Positions 9,508-19,128 of a stretch of 64,000 bases of DNA are shown piece by piece. How positions within the stretch are numbered: the first letter of the stretch is position 1; each line of letters starts with the position of its first letter. Both the position numbers and the translations under genes were made by a program. The DNA comes from Clostridia bacterium (GTDB taxonomy: Bacteria; Bacillota; Sulfobacillia; SLMV01). The DNA is taken from contig SLMV01000029.1 in the NCBI GenBank assembly GCA_007133365.1, positions 276 to 64,275 of the forward strand. The letters are read 5' to 3'. Below the pieces are notes generated by a model. That model was not told the DNA's origin. It was given only the letters and a program-made list of their open reading frames with translations, and made no database searches.

Positions 9508-10283
9508 TGAATCAGACTGTCCACCATGAAACTAATCTGCCGAATCACATCCTCGCGTTCAAGGCGCGTGCTATCGATAATCACGGCGTCGTGCGCCGGC
9601 TTCAAAGGGGACTCTTTTCGCGTGGAATCGATTCGATCCCGATTCTCCACCGTCTGGGCCGCCTCTTCCCAGGTCGGCATGGCACCATTGGACCACTTCT
9701 GCCGCAGACGACGTTCGATGCGCACCGGCAGTGCCGCCGTCAGAAATACTTTTACCCCGGCATCGGGCAGGACGTGAGTCCCGATATCGCGCCCATCCAT
9801 CACCACGCCCCCATCAACCGCAAGTTCGCGCTGTTTTGCCACCAGAGCCCGCCGAACCCCGGCAACACTGGCAACAATGGAAACCACCGCCTCGACCTCG
9901 GGTCGGCGAAGATCAAGCGTCCGATCCTCCCCCTCGAGAAAAATCCGCATGCCCTTGCCGGGGATTCGGCGGTATTCGATGGGAAGCACCTCGCTCAACT
10001 GGCACAGTGCCTGAGTATCGCTGGGAATATCAAGGTCCTCCTCGAGCGCCATCAACGCGACGGCTCGATACATGCCTCCCGAATCAATATGGGTATAACC
10101 CAGACGATGCCCAACCAGCTGGGCAATCGTGGTCTTCCCAGCACCAGCGGGTCCATCGATGGCTATGTTCGGTCGTTTGGTCTCAGACACGGAGACTCCG
10201 TATGAGTGGAGGGAACATCGTTCGTGGATCAGTTGCTGGTTCTTTTTCCGAGGGCACGTCGTCTCAGTTTTCTCAGCCGTCAT
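9483..10283 (-). CDS. cmk: cytidylate kinase
   Basis: IAIDGPAGAGKTT P-loop followed by SGGMYRA, a classic Cmk. The ORF has a ~35-aa N-terminal run-on, so the real start is probably near 10190. Confidence 0.9.
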   Translation of the reverse strand: MTAEKTETTCPRKKNQQLIHERCSLHSYGVSVSETKRPNIAIDGPAGAGKTTIAQLVGHRLGYTHIDSGGMYRAVALMALEEDLDIPSDTQALCQLSEVLPIEYRRIPGKGMRIFLEGEDRTLDLRRPEVEAVVSIVASVAGVRRALVAKQRELAVDGGVVMDGRDIGTHVLPDAGVKVFLTAALPVRIERRLRQKWSNGAMPTWEEAAQTVENRDRIDSTRKESPLKPAHDAVIIDSTRLEREDVIRQISFMVDSLIHCRRRENR

Positions 10284-10525
10284 GGATCAACCTCAATTTA
10301 TTAGTTTCCTTAATAACCAACTCGATATCTGAATTCAGTATAACGGCAATACCGCAAAATTACAAACCAGTTCAAGTCCGATCCGACCGGCCGTGAGCTG
10401 CCGCCTCCACCGATTGGCAACGATTCGGACAAGACGACGATTAACCCCTCAGGGGGGGTTCCATAACAATCGCTCTTTATCGAGTACCGGGAGCCTCTTA
10501 CGCTCCAAAGGGTGCATCAAACCCT

Positions 10526-11524
10526 TTAACGTTCCCCGTGGAAAAAGTCAAACAGCTCGGATACGCCTTCGACGGCGCGCGGACTCGGATAATTAACGAG
10601 ATCAAGGTCGATCCAACGATATCGCGCCGCTTCGATTGCCGATAAGGATTGCCAGGATGGTCGTTTGCCCGATTCAATTTCGGATACCGTCTCCTGAAAG
10701 ACGGTGATAATGGCATCGGGGTCCTCCGCTTGTAAGGCCGCCTCCGAATAGGCGACCCACACACCCGGTTTATCACCCGCCACATTGATCCCTCCGGCAG
10801 CACGGATCACATCATCAATAAACGCACCTCCACCCGCCGTCATGAGGGGATCGCTCCACATTTCGACGAATACCCTGGGACGTTCGGCCGAATCCAAAGC
10901 ATCAAGGTCTCGACGAATGGTGGCCAACTTTTCCCGCATCTTGCTCACAACCACCTCCGCGCGCGCCGCAGCATCCATCACTTCGCCAAACTCCTCAATC
11001 GTCCGGCATAATTCCTCCAAAGAATCCGGATTCCGGATCAAAAGATCCGTTTCGCTTTTCGCCTGCCAATTCAGTAAAGCGGGCGTTTGATCATTTGCCA
11101 GTACTAAGTCTGGCCGTAACCCGTCCAATGCATCATGATCCAAATCATCCAACGTTCCCACCCGGACGATCGAGGTCAACGCTTTCGGTAATGCGCTCGA
11201 CCGGTCCAAACCCACCAGAGCATCCTCGACGTTCAGCGCCAACAAGATATCCGTATGCCCCGGGGAAAGCGAGACGACCCGCTCCGGCCGTGATTCGATG
11301 CTGACGTTAAGGTCCCAGTCATCCGGGATGACGATGGGATAGTCGGTCGGCGTTCGCGCCTCCTCGTCCGGTTCGTCGGTTTCTTGTTCGTTCGGGATCG
11401 CTTCATCCGGATCGGCCTCCTGAACAATGCCGCATCCGATGAGGGTCCCGAAACCGATAAAGAAAACCAACACACTGATCACAATACGATGTCGAAACGG
11501 CTCCTGCTTCACGTCCAACCCCAT
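10526..11524 (-). CDS. ABC-transporter periplasmic substrate-binding lipoprotein, BtuF/FecB (siderophore/cobalamin, cluster A-2) family; orphan
   Basis: Signal peptide plus lipobox LIGC, then an acidic Pro/Glu/Asp-rich linker, then the class-III SBP fold signature (VVSLSPGHTDILLAL...DLVLAN....). No permease or ATPase gene is adjacent. Confidence 0.7.
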   Translation of the reverse strand: MGLDVKQEPFRHRIVISVLVFFIGFGTLIGCGIVQEADPDEAIPNEQETDEPDEEARTPTDYPIVIPDDWDLNVSIESRPERVVSLSPGHTDILLALNVEDALVGLDRSSALPKALTSIVRVGTLDDLDHDALDGLRPDLVLANDQTPALLNWQAKSETDLLIRNPDSLEELCRTIEEFGEVMDAAARAEVVVSKMREKLATIRRDLDALDSAERPRVFVEMWSDPLMTAGGGAFIDDVIRAAGGINVAGDKPGVWVAYSEAALQAEDPDAIITVFQETVSEIESGKRPSWQSLSAIEAARYRWIDLDLVNYPSPRAVEGVSELFDFFHGER

Positions 11525-11719
11525 CCTTTCCCCACGGTCACCAATTTACGCCGACCCGCTCCGATGACACGGGAACGGGCTCGTCTTTGAAAGCCCCCGC
11601 ATGATTCATCGAAACCCACCGAGAGCCCCCTTACTCTTGTTATCGGTTCGATCGACCTCTCGATTGAGTCTTGCTTCGGCATCGAAACGGACTCGGTGAA
11701 CACCTTACGCTGGATGGCG

Positions 11720-11748
11720 ATCCCATAACTTGACACAACATGGGGGCC
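11720..11748 (+). promoter_or_regulatory. candidate sigma-A promoter for the ferredoxin gene (TTGACA-17-TAAGAT)
   Basis: TTGACA at 11720-11725, a 17-nt spacer, and TAAGAT at 11743-11748, about 55 nt upstream of the ferredoxin ORF. Confidence 0.3.
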
Positions 11749-11802
11749 AAACTAAGATAGGGGTGATGGAATGCATTGGCAGCTGGTGCGACCGTCGATT
11801 GA

Positions 11803-12024
11803 ATGAGGATGAGGGAGGGATTGACCATCAAACCTGTCATTGAACAAGACCTTTGTATCGGCGATGGAATCTGTGAAACGATCTGCCCCGAGGTTTTCGA
11901 AATTCGGGATGACGGGTTGGCCTACGTCATTAATCAAAACCCATCGAGCGACCTAACGTCAGCGATTCGAGAAGCCATCGAAGCCTGTCCAACCGAATGC
12001 ATCCGCTTAGAGGAAGACGAATAG
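11803..12024 (+). CDS. small single-cluster ferredoxin (Pyrococcus-type [4Fe-4S]/[3Fe-4S], Cys-x2-Asp-x2-Cys...Cys-Pro)
   Basis: CIGDGICETICP...EACP motif pattern identical in spacing to archaeal and Thermotoga 7-kDa ferredoxins. The exact start is uncertain (ATG at 11803 or a downstream TTG). Confidence 0.6.
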   Translation: MRMREGLTIKPVIEQDLCIGDGICETICPEVFEIRDDGLAYVINQNPSSDLTSAIREAIEACPTECIRLEEDE

Positions 12025-12067
12025 GTTGTCGTTTTTTACATGACCGGCACCGGTTTTTCCGGACCGG

Positions 12068-13138
12068 TCATATCATTTGGATCCGGACCAAACGATCCGT
12101 GGGAGATAACCCCGGAATCCGCCCCCTTTTGGCAACGGCTTCCCTCTCAACCTCCTTTATGTCCAGCGTCATATCAATCGGCCGGGCTGCGGATATGTAA
12201 CTGCCCACACCAAAACCATCCGCACCGGCCTCCGATAACAACCGAACTCGTTCGGGATCGAGTCCACCGGAACAGAAAATTTTGACCTTCGAGTGACCCG
12301 CCATATCCAAACGTGCACGCACTTCTCGCACCAGTTCCGGTGTCACACGGCCGCGTTCCGATGGGGTATCGAGGCGAACCGAATCGAGACGATCCCCAAG
12401 GGCCTCGGCAATGCGTAACGTTTCTTCGGCTTCGTCTTTGAAGGTATCCACTAAAATGGTCCGGGGTTCATCGGGTGGCATCACCGCATCGTACGCTTTT
12501 GCAATGCGCAACGTATCGCCCGCCACGATGATGGCGGCATGCGGCACGGTTCCCACGGGCTCAAGACCCGCAAGTTTTGCCCCTAGGATACAGCTGCAAC
12601 CGTCCAATCCTCCGGCTATCGCCGCCTTCTCCATGACGGGCGCGACGGCCGGATGAACATGTCGGGCTCCGAAACAAATCACCGGCTTTTCTCCAGCCGC
12701 ATCCTTGATCGCTCGCGCTTGGGTCGCCCAACCGGACGCCGAAGCCAACATTCCCAAAAGCGGGGTTTCCATCGGGCCAAAATCGCTATACACGCCCCGA
12801 ATGCGCAATACCACTTCTTTGGCCACAAACGTTGCCCCTTCCGGGAGCGCCCAAAGTTCTTGGACCTTCCCGTCGAGAAGACGCAAGACCTCATCCAAAC
12901 CCGCAAAAACACCAGGACGGTTCGAGAACACCTCCACCGTCACCTCCGTGTTTTCGAGCCCAAGTTCCCGCAATATATCCAGCGTCTTAATGAAATAGAT
13001 ATCCGTTGTATGACCGGCCAGAATCTCCTCGTGAGAGGCCGAGGCAAAGGCGCGATCCGCCTCCACTTTTAGCCCCTTTACCTGATCAAAACATCGGATC
13101 ATTTCCAGTGCGTTCTCTTTTTTGCCCGCTTTGTCCAT
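12068..13138 (-). CDS. nicotinate phosphoribosyltransferase family protein (archaeal/Thermus-type NAPRTase, QPRTase-like fold)
   Basis: 356 aa with a type-II PRTase barrel signature (VKIFCSGGLD, DGFGVGS). Assigned by family resemblance only. Confidence 0.5.
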   Translation of the reverse strand: MDKAGKKENALEMIRCFDQVKGLKVEADRAFASASHEEILAGHTTDIYFIKTLDILRELGLENTEVTVEVFSNRPGVFAGLDEVLRLLDGKVQELWALPEGATFVAKEVVLRIRGVYSDFGPMETPLLGMLASASGWATQARAIKDAAGEKPVICFGARHVHPAVAPVMEKAAIAGGLDGCSCILGAKLAGLEPVGTVPHAAIIVAGDTLRIAKAYDAVMPPDEPRTILVDTFKDEAEETLRIAEALGDRLDSVRLDTPSERGRVTPELVREVRARLDMAGHSKVKIFCSGGLDPERVRLLSEAGADGFGVGSYISAARPIDMTLDIKEVEREAVAKRGRIPGLSPTDRLVRIQMI

Positions 13139-13190
13139 GATGCCTCCTAAACATTTTTGGGTTCCGATTCCCGCTCCTCAAGTGGGTGGT

Positions 13191-13949
13191 CTATTCAAGT
13201 CCCACGGCTCGGCGTAAACGATCGACCTCGCCATCGGATAAGTGACGCCAACACCCAAGATTAAGGCCTTCGAGCGTTACCGGCCCCACCGCGATTCGAC
13301 AAAGGGAGACGACCGGATGCCCCACCGTCGCGAATAACCGGCGAATCTGCCGATAACGGCCTTCTTTCAAAATGATCCTCCAAAAGGAGGTCGAAGATGC
13401 CTTGCCCGCTTTCAACCATTCCATGCCCGCCACATGGGCCCAACCATCCGCCAGGGGCACCCCTTTTTTCAAATCCGAAACAATCGGTTCCTTCGGGCAC
13501 CCTTTCACCTCAACCTCATAGACCTTCTTCACTTCCCAGCGCGGATGGCTAATTCGAAGCGCCAAATCACCATCCGTCGTCAATACGATCAACCCGGTCG
13601 TCTCGGCATCAAGCCGGCCAACTGGAAACACCGATCGGAGATGGCTCGGCAAAAGGTCCATCACGGTTGGACGTCCCCGGGGATCCCGCCGCGTGCTCAA
13701 ATGCCCTCGCGGTTTGTTGAGCGCGATATAAAGATCCGGCGCGGATATGCCGTCAATCGCTTTACCATCAACAGTTATGGTGCCTTCGTCACCGGACATC
13801 CGATAACCCGGCCCATCCACCACCCGGCCTCCGATGGCCACTCGGCCGGCCCGGATGATTTGGGCCGCGCTTCGCCGAGACGCTACCCCCGAACGGGCGA
13901 GGAATTTGTCCAGCCGCATGTTCTCACCGGACTCTTGTTGCCGATTCAT
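13191..13949 (-). CDS. rluB: RsuA/RluB-family 23S/16S rRNA pseudouridine synthase (S4 domain + catalytic domain)
   Basis: N-terminal S4 motif RLDKFLARSGVASRR. Catalytic motif VGRLDAETTGLIVLTTDG with the conserved Asp. Confidence 0.8.
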   Translation of the reverse strand: MNRQQESGENMRLDKFLARSGVASRRSAAQIIRAGRVAIGGRVVDGPGYRMSGDEGTITVDGKAIDGISAPDLYIALNKPRGHLSTRRDPRGRPTVMDLLPSHLRSVFPVGRLDAETTGLIVLTTDGDLALRISHPRWEVKKVYEVEVKGCPKEPIVSDLKKGVPLADGWAHVAGMEWLKAGKASSTSFWRIILKEGRYRQIRRLFATVGHPVVSLCRIAVGPVTLEGLNLGCWRHLSDGEVDRLRRAVGLE

Positions 13950-14404
13950 TCAAACTCGACAATCATTTCCACTTCAACGAGAGCACCCTTCGGGAGCGAG
14001 GTCATCCCCACCGCCGCACGTGCATGCTGACCCGCGTCACCAAAAACCGACTTCAGGAGTTTTGATGCCCCGTTAATGACAGCCGGATGCTCGGTAAAAT
14101 CAGAGGTCGCACTGACATACCCGGTCACTTTGATAATCCGGGTGACCCGCGATAAATTGCCCAATAATTTACTCATGACGCCGACACAATTTAAGCAGCA
14201 CAATTTGGCCGCCTCATAGCCATCGTCCAACGTTGCATCGTCACCGACCACGCCGGCGTACATCAGTTCACCCTCTTGCATGGGGAGTTGGCCCGAGATG
14301 AACATCCAGTTCCCCACACAAACCCCCGGCACGTAAGCCGCAAGCGGCATTGGAACCGCTGGAATCGTAAGCCCCATTTCTTCTAAGCGTTCTTCTGGTG
14401 TCAT
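13946..14404 (-). CDS. ridA: RidA/YjgF/TdcF reactive-intermediate deaminase family protein
   Basis: 152 aa with the typical chorismate-mutase-like fold signature (...AARAAVGMTSLPKGALVEVE...). Confidence 0.8.
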   Translation of the reverse strand: MTPEERLEEMGLTIPAVPMPLAAYVPGVCVGNWMFISGQLPMQEGELMYAGVVGDDATLDDGYEAAKLCCLNCVGVMSKLLGNLSRVTRIIKVTGYVSATSDFTEHPAVINGASKLLKSVFGDAGQHARAAVGMTSLPKGALVEVEMIVEFE

Positions 14405-14504
14405 AAATGATCGCCCTTTCGTATGAAATCTGGTATCATCGGCTTCATCTTACCCCCTCGAGTCGACATTGACGATCGATTAGGTAAAAAAAGAAAAACC
14501 GGGG

Positions 14505-15359
14505 TCATTGACCTTCTTTTATCGCCGCAATCAACTCATCCGCCACCGAAACGACCCGAACGCCCGCTTGTTCGAAGGCGCGCGCTTTTTCCGATGCCTG
14601 ACCGGAATCGCCATCGACGATGGCACCCGCATGCCCCATTCTCCGAGCAGGGGGTGCGGTCCGGCCGGCAACGTAAGCATGCACGGGTTTCGGATATCCC
14701 TGCTCCAAATAGGCAGCTGCCTCCTGCTCGAGATGCCCCCCGATTTCGCCGATCAAGATGATCCGTTCGGTTTGATCATCCAATCGAAATTGCTCGAGCC
14801 CATCCACAAAGGACGTCCCCACCACGGAATCCCCTCCGACCCCGATACAGGTCGATTGGCCGATCCCACACGCACTTAGATTCGACGCCACTTCGTGCGT
14901 CAGTGTGCCGCTTCGCGATAGGATGCCCACAGACCCGGGTCGATAAAGCGAAGCCGGCATGATGCCGACCTTGCCCAGCCCCGGACTGATAATTCCGATC
15001 GTATTGGGGCCGATCAAGCGGACCCCTTGTTGTGCCGCCCGGTGCACCAATCGAAGACTATCCAAGACGGGGACATGTTCCGTCACCACCACGATCAACG
15101 ACACGCCCGCTTCAATGGCCTCGTCCACCGCGTCATAGACGGCCGGCGGCGGTACCAAAACCAGCGACGCTGTCGCACCGGTTTCGGCCCGACACGTCGC
15201 CACACGATCAAAAACCGGGACCCCCACTACCGAGGCGCCGCCCCGGCCCGGAACCACGCCGCCCACCAGACGCCCGTGATCTTCCATGGTTCGGGCGGCA
15301 TGATATCGCCCCTGACGTCCGGTAATGCCTTGAATCATCACACGCGTATCGCCATCAAC
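14505..15359 (-). CDS. sucD: succinyl-CoA synthetase alpha subunit
   Basis: CoA-binding GITGRQG, phospho-His region SRSGTLTHE, and GIGQSTCIGVGGD. The Met at 15359 gives a 4-bp ATGA overlap with the sucC stop. Confidence 0.9.
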   Translation of the reverse strand, partial: VDGDTRVMIQGITGRQGRYHAARTMEDHGRLVGGVVPGRGGASVVGVPVFDRVATCRAETGATASLVLVPPPAVYDAVDEAIEAGVSLIVVVTEHVPVLDSLRLVHRAAQQGVRLIGPNTIGIISPGLGKVGIMPASLYRPGSVGILSRSGTLTHEVASNLSACGIGQSTCIGVGGDSVVGTSFVDGLEQFRLDDQTERIILIGEIGGHLEQEAAAYLEQGYPKPVHAYVAGRTAPPARRMGHAGAIVDGDSGQASEKARAFEQAGVRVVSVADELIAAIKEGQ

Positions 15360-16512
15360 CCATATGGCCATTGGCTTCATCCTCAATCTGCTTCAGCAAT
15401 TTCTTTACGGCTTGTCCCGTGGTCCCCCACCGAACCACCTCGATCGATTGTTGCTCCAATATCTTCCAAGCAGTTTCTTGCTCATGACCTCGCATTTTGA
15501 CCACCAAAGGCCCAGAAATCGCCCCTTTAGCTAACGCTGCCAAAATCCCTTCTGCCATCACCTGACAGTTGTTAATTCCCCCGAACACGTTGATGATAAC
15601 CCCGTCAATTTCCGCAATGCTTCCCAGGAGTTCTAGCGCCGCGGCCATCTTTTCCCGTGAAACGCCACCCCCAACGTCAAGAAAGTTGGCCGGTCGGCTC
15701 CCGAGGGCCCGCACGGTGTCCATTGTCGCCAGGGCCAATCCGGCTCCACCGGCGATGATGCCAATGGTGCCACCGCTTAGCGGGACAAACTGAAGTCCCA
15801 TTCGTCTGGCCCTCGCTTCATTATCGTCCTCATCGTCTTCGCTGATCGTTGTCTCAGATTGACCCAGTTCGTGTCGAAAAGCGGCCGACTCATCAATGAC
15901 TATTTTGGCATCCGCTGCAATTAACCGACCGTCGCTGGTATGTAAAAGAGGATTGATTTCTAAGGTTGTGGCATCCCAGTGCCACACCAACTCGGCGAGC
16001 ATCACCAAAAGTTCGGCCACCTCATGGCCTCGATTCCCCTCGAAACCCGCCTCCTTCGCCATCCGAAGCGCATCCTTGAACATAAACGGATCCACCCCGT
16101 TCATGCCGTGCATCACGGGGGCTTCGGGCGCCTTTTCAATATCAATGCCCCCGTAGGGTGATAAGAGGGCCAACACTTCTCGCCTTCCGGTATCCAGTTG
16201 AAACGCTAAGTAAATTTCCTGTTGAGTCGGTAGATATTCTTCAATCAGAACGGCCCGGGTGCGATCACCGGCAACACAACTTCCGAGTAGCCGGGCAGCA
16301 TGAACGTTCAGTTCATCAACATCATGAACTTCGACCACCGCTCCGGCCTTCTTGCGCCCCCCACTCGGCACCTGAGCCTTTACCATCAGGGGGAAATCCA
16401 ATTGACACCCCGCGCGAATGGCCGCTTCCACGCTGAAGGCGACCGATCCCCTCGGAACCGGGACTCCCTTTTGGGCCAATCTTCTCTTGGCTTCAAACTC
16501 CAATAAATCCAA
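15355..16512 (-). CDS. sucC: succinyl-CoA synthetase beta subunit (ATP-grasp)
   Basis: N-terminal LxEFEAKRRLAxxGVPVPRG and ATP-grasp motifs, directly upstream of and overlapping sucD. Confidence 0.9.
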   Translation of the reverse strand: MDLLEFEAKRRLAQKGVPVPRGSVAFSVEAAIRAGCQLDFPLMVKAQVPSGGRKKAGAVVEVHDVDELNVHAARLLGSCVAGDRTRAVLIEEYLPTQQEIYLAFQLDTGRREVLALLSPYGGIDIEKAPEAPVMHGMNGVDPFMFKDALRMAKEAGFEGNRGHEVAELLVMLAELVWHWDATTLEINPLLHTSDGRLIAADAKIVIDESAAFRHELGQSETTISEDDEDDNEARARRMGLQFVPLSGGTIGIIAGGAGLALATMDTVRALGSRPANFLDVGGGVSREKMAAALELLGSIAEIDGVIINVFGGINNCQVMAEGILAALAKGAISGPLVVKMRGHEQETAWKILEQQSIEVVRWGTTGQAVKKLLKQIEDEANGHMG

Positions 16513-16703
16513 AAGCGACGACTCCTTCTGGCGACTCGGACGGGTCCAAGGCGATAAGGCATCGAACAGGATCCCCCCTCGAGGATCCCGCTCGCGCCAG
16601 ATGCTCTCAAACTGTCGCGAGCCGTTAGCACACGATCACCATGGTAGCCAAAAGCACACCAACCGCACAAAGGTTCACCGAGTGACCCGTTCTTGGTTGT
16701 TGA

Positions 16704-17030
16704 TTAGAGATATCGGTCCAGTTCTTCTTTTAGCTGTTGTTCGGGAAGCACGCCGACGAATCGGGTGGCGGGCTCACCCTCTTTGAACAGGATTAACGTG
16801 GGGATGCTCATGATTCCCATTTGGGATGGGATTTCCTGGTTGGCATCCACATCCATTTTGCCGACCTTCAATTGGTCATCATACGTATCCGCAATGCGTT
16901 CGATCACCGGAGCCAGCATTCGACACGGTGCACACCATTCCGCCCAAAAATCCACCAGGACCGGTTGTTCGGCTTTTAGGACTTCCGAATCAAAGTTTTG
17001 ATCCGTGATTTCAACAATACCCTCACTCAT
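16704..17030 (-). CDS. trxA: thioredoxin (active site WCAPC rather than canonical WCGPC)
   Basis: 108 aa, VLVDFWAEWCAPCRMLAP...GIMSIPTLILF. This is a classic thioredoxin fold with Ala replacing the active-site Gly. Confidence 0.85.
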   Translation of the reverse strand: MSEGIVEITDQNFDSEVLKAEQPVLVDFWAEWCAPCRMLAPVIERIADTYDDQLKVGKMDVDANQEIPSQMGIMSIPTLILFKEGEPATRFVGVLPEQQLKEELDRYL

Positions 17031-17178
17031 CGTTATTCCCCTTTCAGATTCAACCTTCTTCCCCAGTTTTCGCGATTTAAAAGCGAATCCCTCGCATACA
17101 TCCGGCGATGGACCGCTAGGTCTTTAAAAACCACAACCGCTCGATCATCTTTCAAACGTGGCATCGAGACGTACCGCT

Positions 17179-17736
17179 TCAACCTTCTTCATTGTTTTGG
17201 CCAGGCAAAGGCGGCAATTCTTGCAGATCATTTAAACCGAACTGCTCGAGGAACCGTTGGGTCGTCCCGAACAACTTGGGCCGTCCCGGTGCATCACGCC
17301 GGCCCAAAACCCGGATGAGTCCCTCGGCATGAAGCCTTTTGAGGAGATGGGCCGAACCGACACCACGAATCTGATCAATCTCAGGGCGGGTAATCGGCTG
17401 TCGGTAAGCCACCAGCGCCAACACTTCCACGGCTGCCGACGACAATTGCTCACCTTCGGGCTCGAGAATGCGCTCCAAAAACGCATGATACAAGGTCCGC
17501 GTTCGAATTTGAAAACCGCCCGCCACCTCGAGCAACTCGATGCCCGATTCTGGGTGATCATAGCGTTTGCGAAGTTTCGCTAAGAGCCGCCGAACGGTAT
17601 CATCCGTCAACGCCAAAGTCGCCCCCAAGGCAGCAACCCCCATGGGCTCGGGCGCCGCGAAGAGGCAGGCTTCCAATGCGCCTAACGCACTTAACGCATG
17701 TCCCGTTTCGGGATCATATACGACATCATCCGCCAC
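17179..17736 (-). CDS. scpB: segregation and condensation protein B
   Basis: Winged-helix ScpB signature (EALLFAA..P....L......V...L..L...Y......G..L.EVAGG). Lies directly downstream of scpA. Confidence 0.85.
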   Translation of the reverse strand: MADDVVYDPETGHALSALGALEACLFAAPEPMGVAALGATLALTDDTVRRLLAKLRKRYDHPESGIELLEVAGGFQIRTRTLYHAFLERILEPEGEQLSSAAVEVLALVAYRQPITRPEIDQIRGVGSAHLLKRLHAEGLIRVLGRRDAPGRPKLFGTTQRFLEQFGLNDLQELPPLPGQNNEEG

Positions 17737-18504
17737 TCACGTCACCTCGTCATCTTTCGATTGATTACGGTAAACCATGATTTCGCCAAAGCGGTCCTCT
17801 TGGCGGACGCGTACCTCGCTCGTCCGGATCAGTTCAAGCAAAGCCACGAAGATACCCACGAATAATTGACGCCCTCCCCGAGATGGAAAAAGATCCGCAA
17901 ATTGCACGCTGCCCGATGATCCTTCGAGAACGGTTCGGATTCGCTCCATGCACTCGGAAACGGACACCGTTTCCCTCGGGATGGTCTCGGCGTATGCCAC
18001 ATCCGAAGCGAGCAATTCCTCGAGGGCTGAGACCAGATCGGTAAGGTCCGTCCCCTCCACCTCGCGAAAGGCGTTCTCCCAGCGCTGTATTTCCGGTGGC
18101 AAGCGCGAATGGCGCCGTCGCATATCCTCAGCACGCTGGGTCAAATGCATCGCGGCTTCGCGATAGCGACGAAACTCCATCAACTGGTGTAATAGCTCGT
18201 CGGGGGCGATCTCGTCCTCGTCGGTCGCCGCGGATTCTCGATCCTCCGGGACCAGTTTTGCGCTCTTTCGACTCAACAAATCCGTCATCACATTCATGAA
18301 GGACACTTCGACGTCCAAAGACGGATTCTCCTGTCGCAGGCGCGCTTGGAAAGCCTTTACGATAGGCGCCAGTTCCAACTCCTTTAAAGGAGTCCCTTCA
18401 TCGGGAAGCGTCCCATCCGCCTTACCTCGCTGCCGGTCGAGGAGTTCTTCCGCCCATTCGAGTATTTTTTGACATGACGTCTCACTTAACTCCATCCTCG
18501 ACAC
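17737..18504 (-). CDS. scpA: segregation and condensation protein A (kleisin)
   Basis: 255-aa kleisin. Conserved C-terminal LFVALLELIR segment. Adjacent to scpB. Confidence 0.85.
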   Translation of the reverse strand: MSRMELSETSCQKILEWAEELLDRQRGKADGTLPDEGTPLKELELAPIVKAFQARLRQENPSLDVEVSFMNVMTDLLSRKSAKLVPEDRESAATDEDEIAPDELLHQLMEFRRYREAAMHLTQRAEDMRRRHSRLPPEIQRWENAFREVEGTDLTDLVSALEELLASDVAYAETIPRETVSVSECMERIRTVLEGSSGSVQFADLFPSRGGRQLFVGIFVALLELIRTSEVRVRQEDRFGEIMVYRNQSKDDEVT

Positions 18505-18510
18505 CTCTTA

Positions 18511-19128
18511 CTAAAAGACAAGGGGGCTGACCAAAACGAACAAAAACTGTTGCACGACATTTGCCACCGGTCCCAAAATCATACCCACCGTACGCGTCAT
18601 CACCAACACCAGCAAAATCACCCACCCATACTGATCAATCTGGTTCATGAGATGCCACGCCGTCGAACCATATCGCGTCAACCCCCGCGCAATGTGCGAT
18701 CCATCAAGAGGGGGAATCGGAATCAGATTAAAAAGACCGAGCCAAATATTGTACATCATCAGAAAGTATAGCATTACCAATACCGTGGTCGAAAGAAACT
18801 GAAGTTGTAACAGGAGGTAAGCGCTGACCGTCGCCATCACAAAATTACTCAGCGGTCCCGCCAATCCCGTCAATAGCATGCCCCGTTGCCGATCGTCAAA
18901 GTACATGGGATTGATCGGAACCGGTTTGGCCCATCCAAAGCGGAAAATGAGAAGCATAAGCGTTCCGATCGGGTCCAGGTGGGCGATGGGATTAAGCGTC
19001 AGCCGACCGCTTGCCCGGGGCGTCGGGTCCCCCAACGCATCCGCCATATACCCATGGGACACTTCGTGCACCACGATGGCAACGAGAAGACCTGGTATGC
19101 TAAGGAGTATGTCTGGGAAATTAATAAT
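18511..19128 (-). CDS. small site-2 protease (peptidase M50, SpoIVFB/YwhC-like); the start codon is probably non-canonical
   Basis: HEVSHG (HExxH) motif plus a second-helix LDG motif. The ORF track starts at a GTG that immediately precedes HExxH, which would delete the first TM helix. The frame is open upstream to a TGA at 19141-19143. It encodes a TM helix (INFPDILLSIPGLLVAIVV) and has a strong AGGGAGAG Shine-Dalgarno 4 nt before an ATT at 19126-19128. Confidence 0.6.
   Translation of the reverse strand: MINFPDILLSIPGLLVAIVVHEVSHGYMADALGDPTPRASGRLTLNPIAHLDPIGTLMLLIFRFGWAKPVPINPMYFDDRQRGMLLTGLAGPLSNFVMATVSAYLLLQLQFLSTTVLVMLYFLMMYNIWLGLFNLIPIPPLDGSHIARGLTRYGSTAWHLMNQIDQYGWVILLVLVMTRTVGMILGPVANVVQQFLFVLVSPLVF

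Noticed and set aside
11525-11800. Possible cobalamin riboswitch upstream of the BtuF-like binding protein
   Set aside because: Reading the minus strand I find no B12-box (…AGYCMGgAgaCCkGCC…) or GCCACTG element. The region instead carries a plausible promoter for the divergent ferredoxin gene. A covariance-model scan would be needed for certainty.
14440-14504. Weak hairpin flanked by A- and T-runs after sucD (GGTCATTGACC between AAAAAAAGAAAAA and TTCTTTT)
   Set aside because: The stem is only 4-5 bp with a 1-3-nt loop. It may contribute to sucCD termination but is too weak to call.
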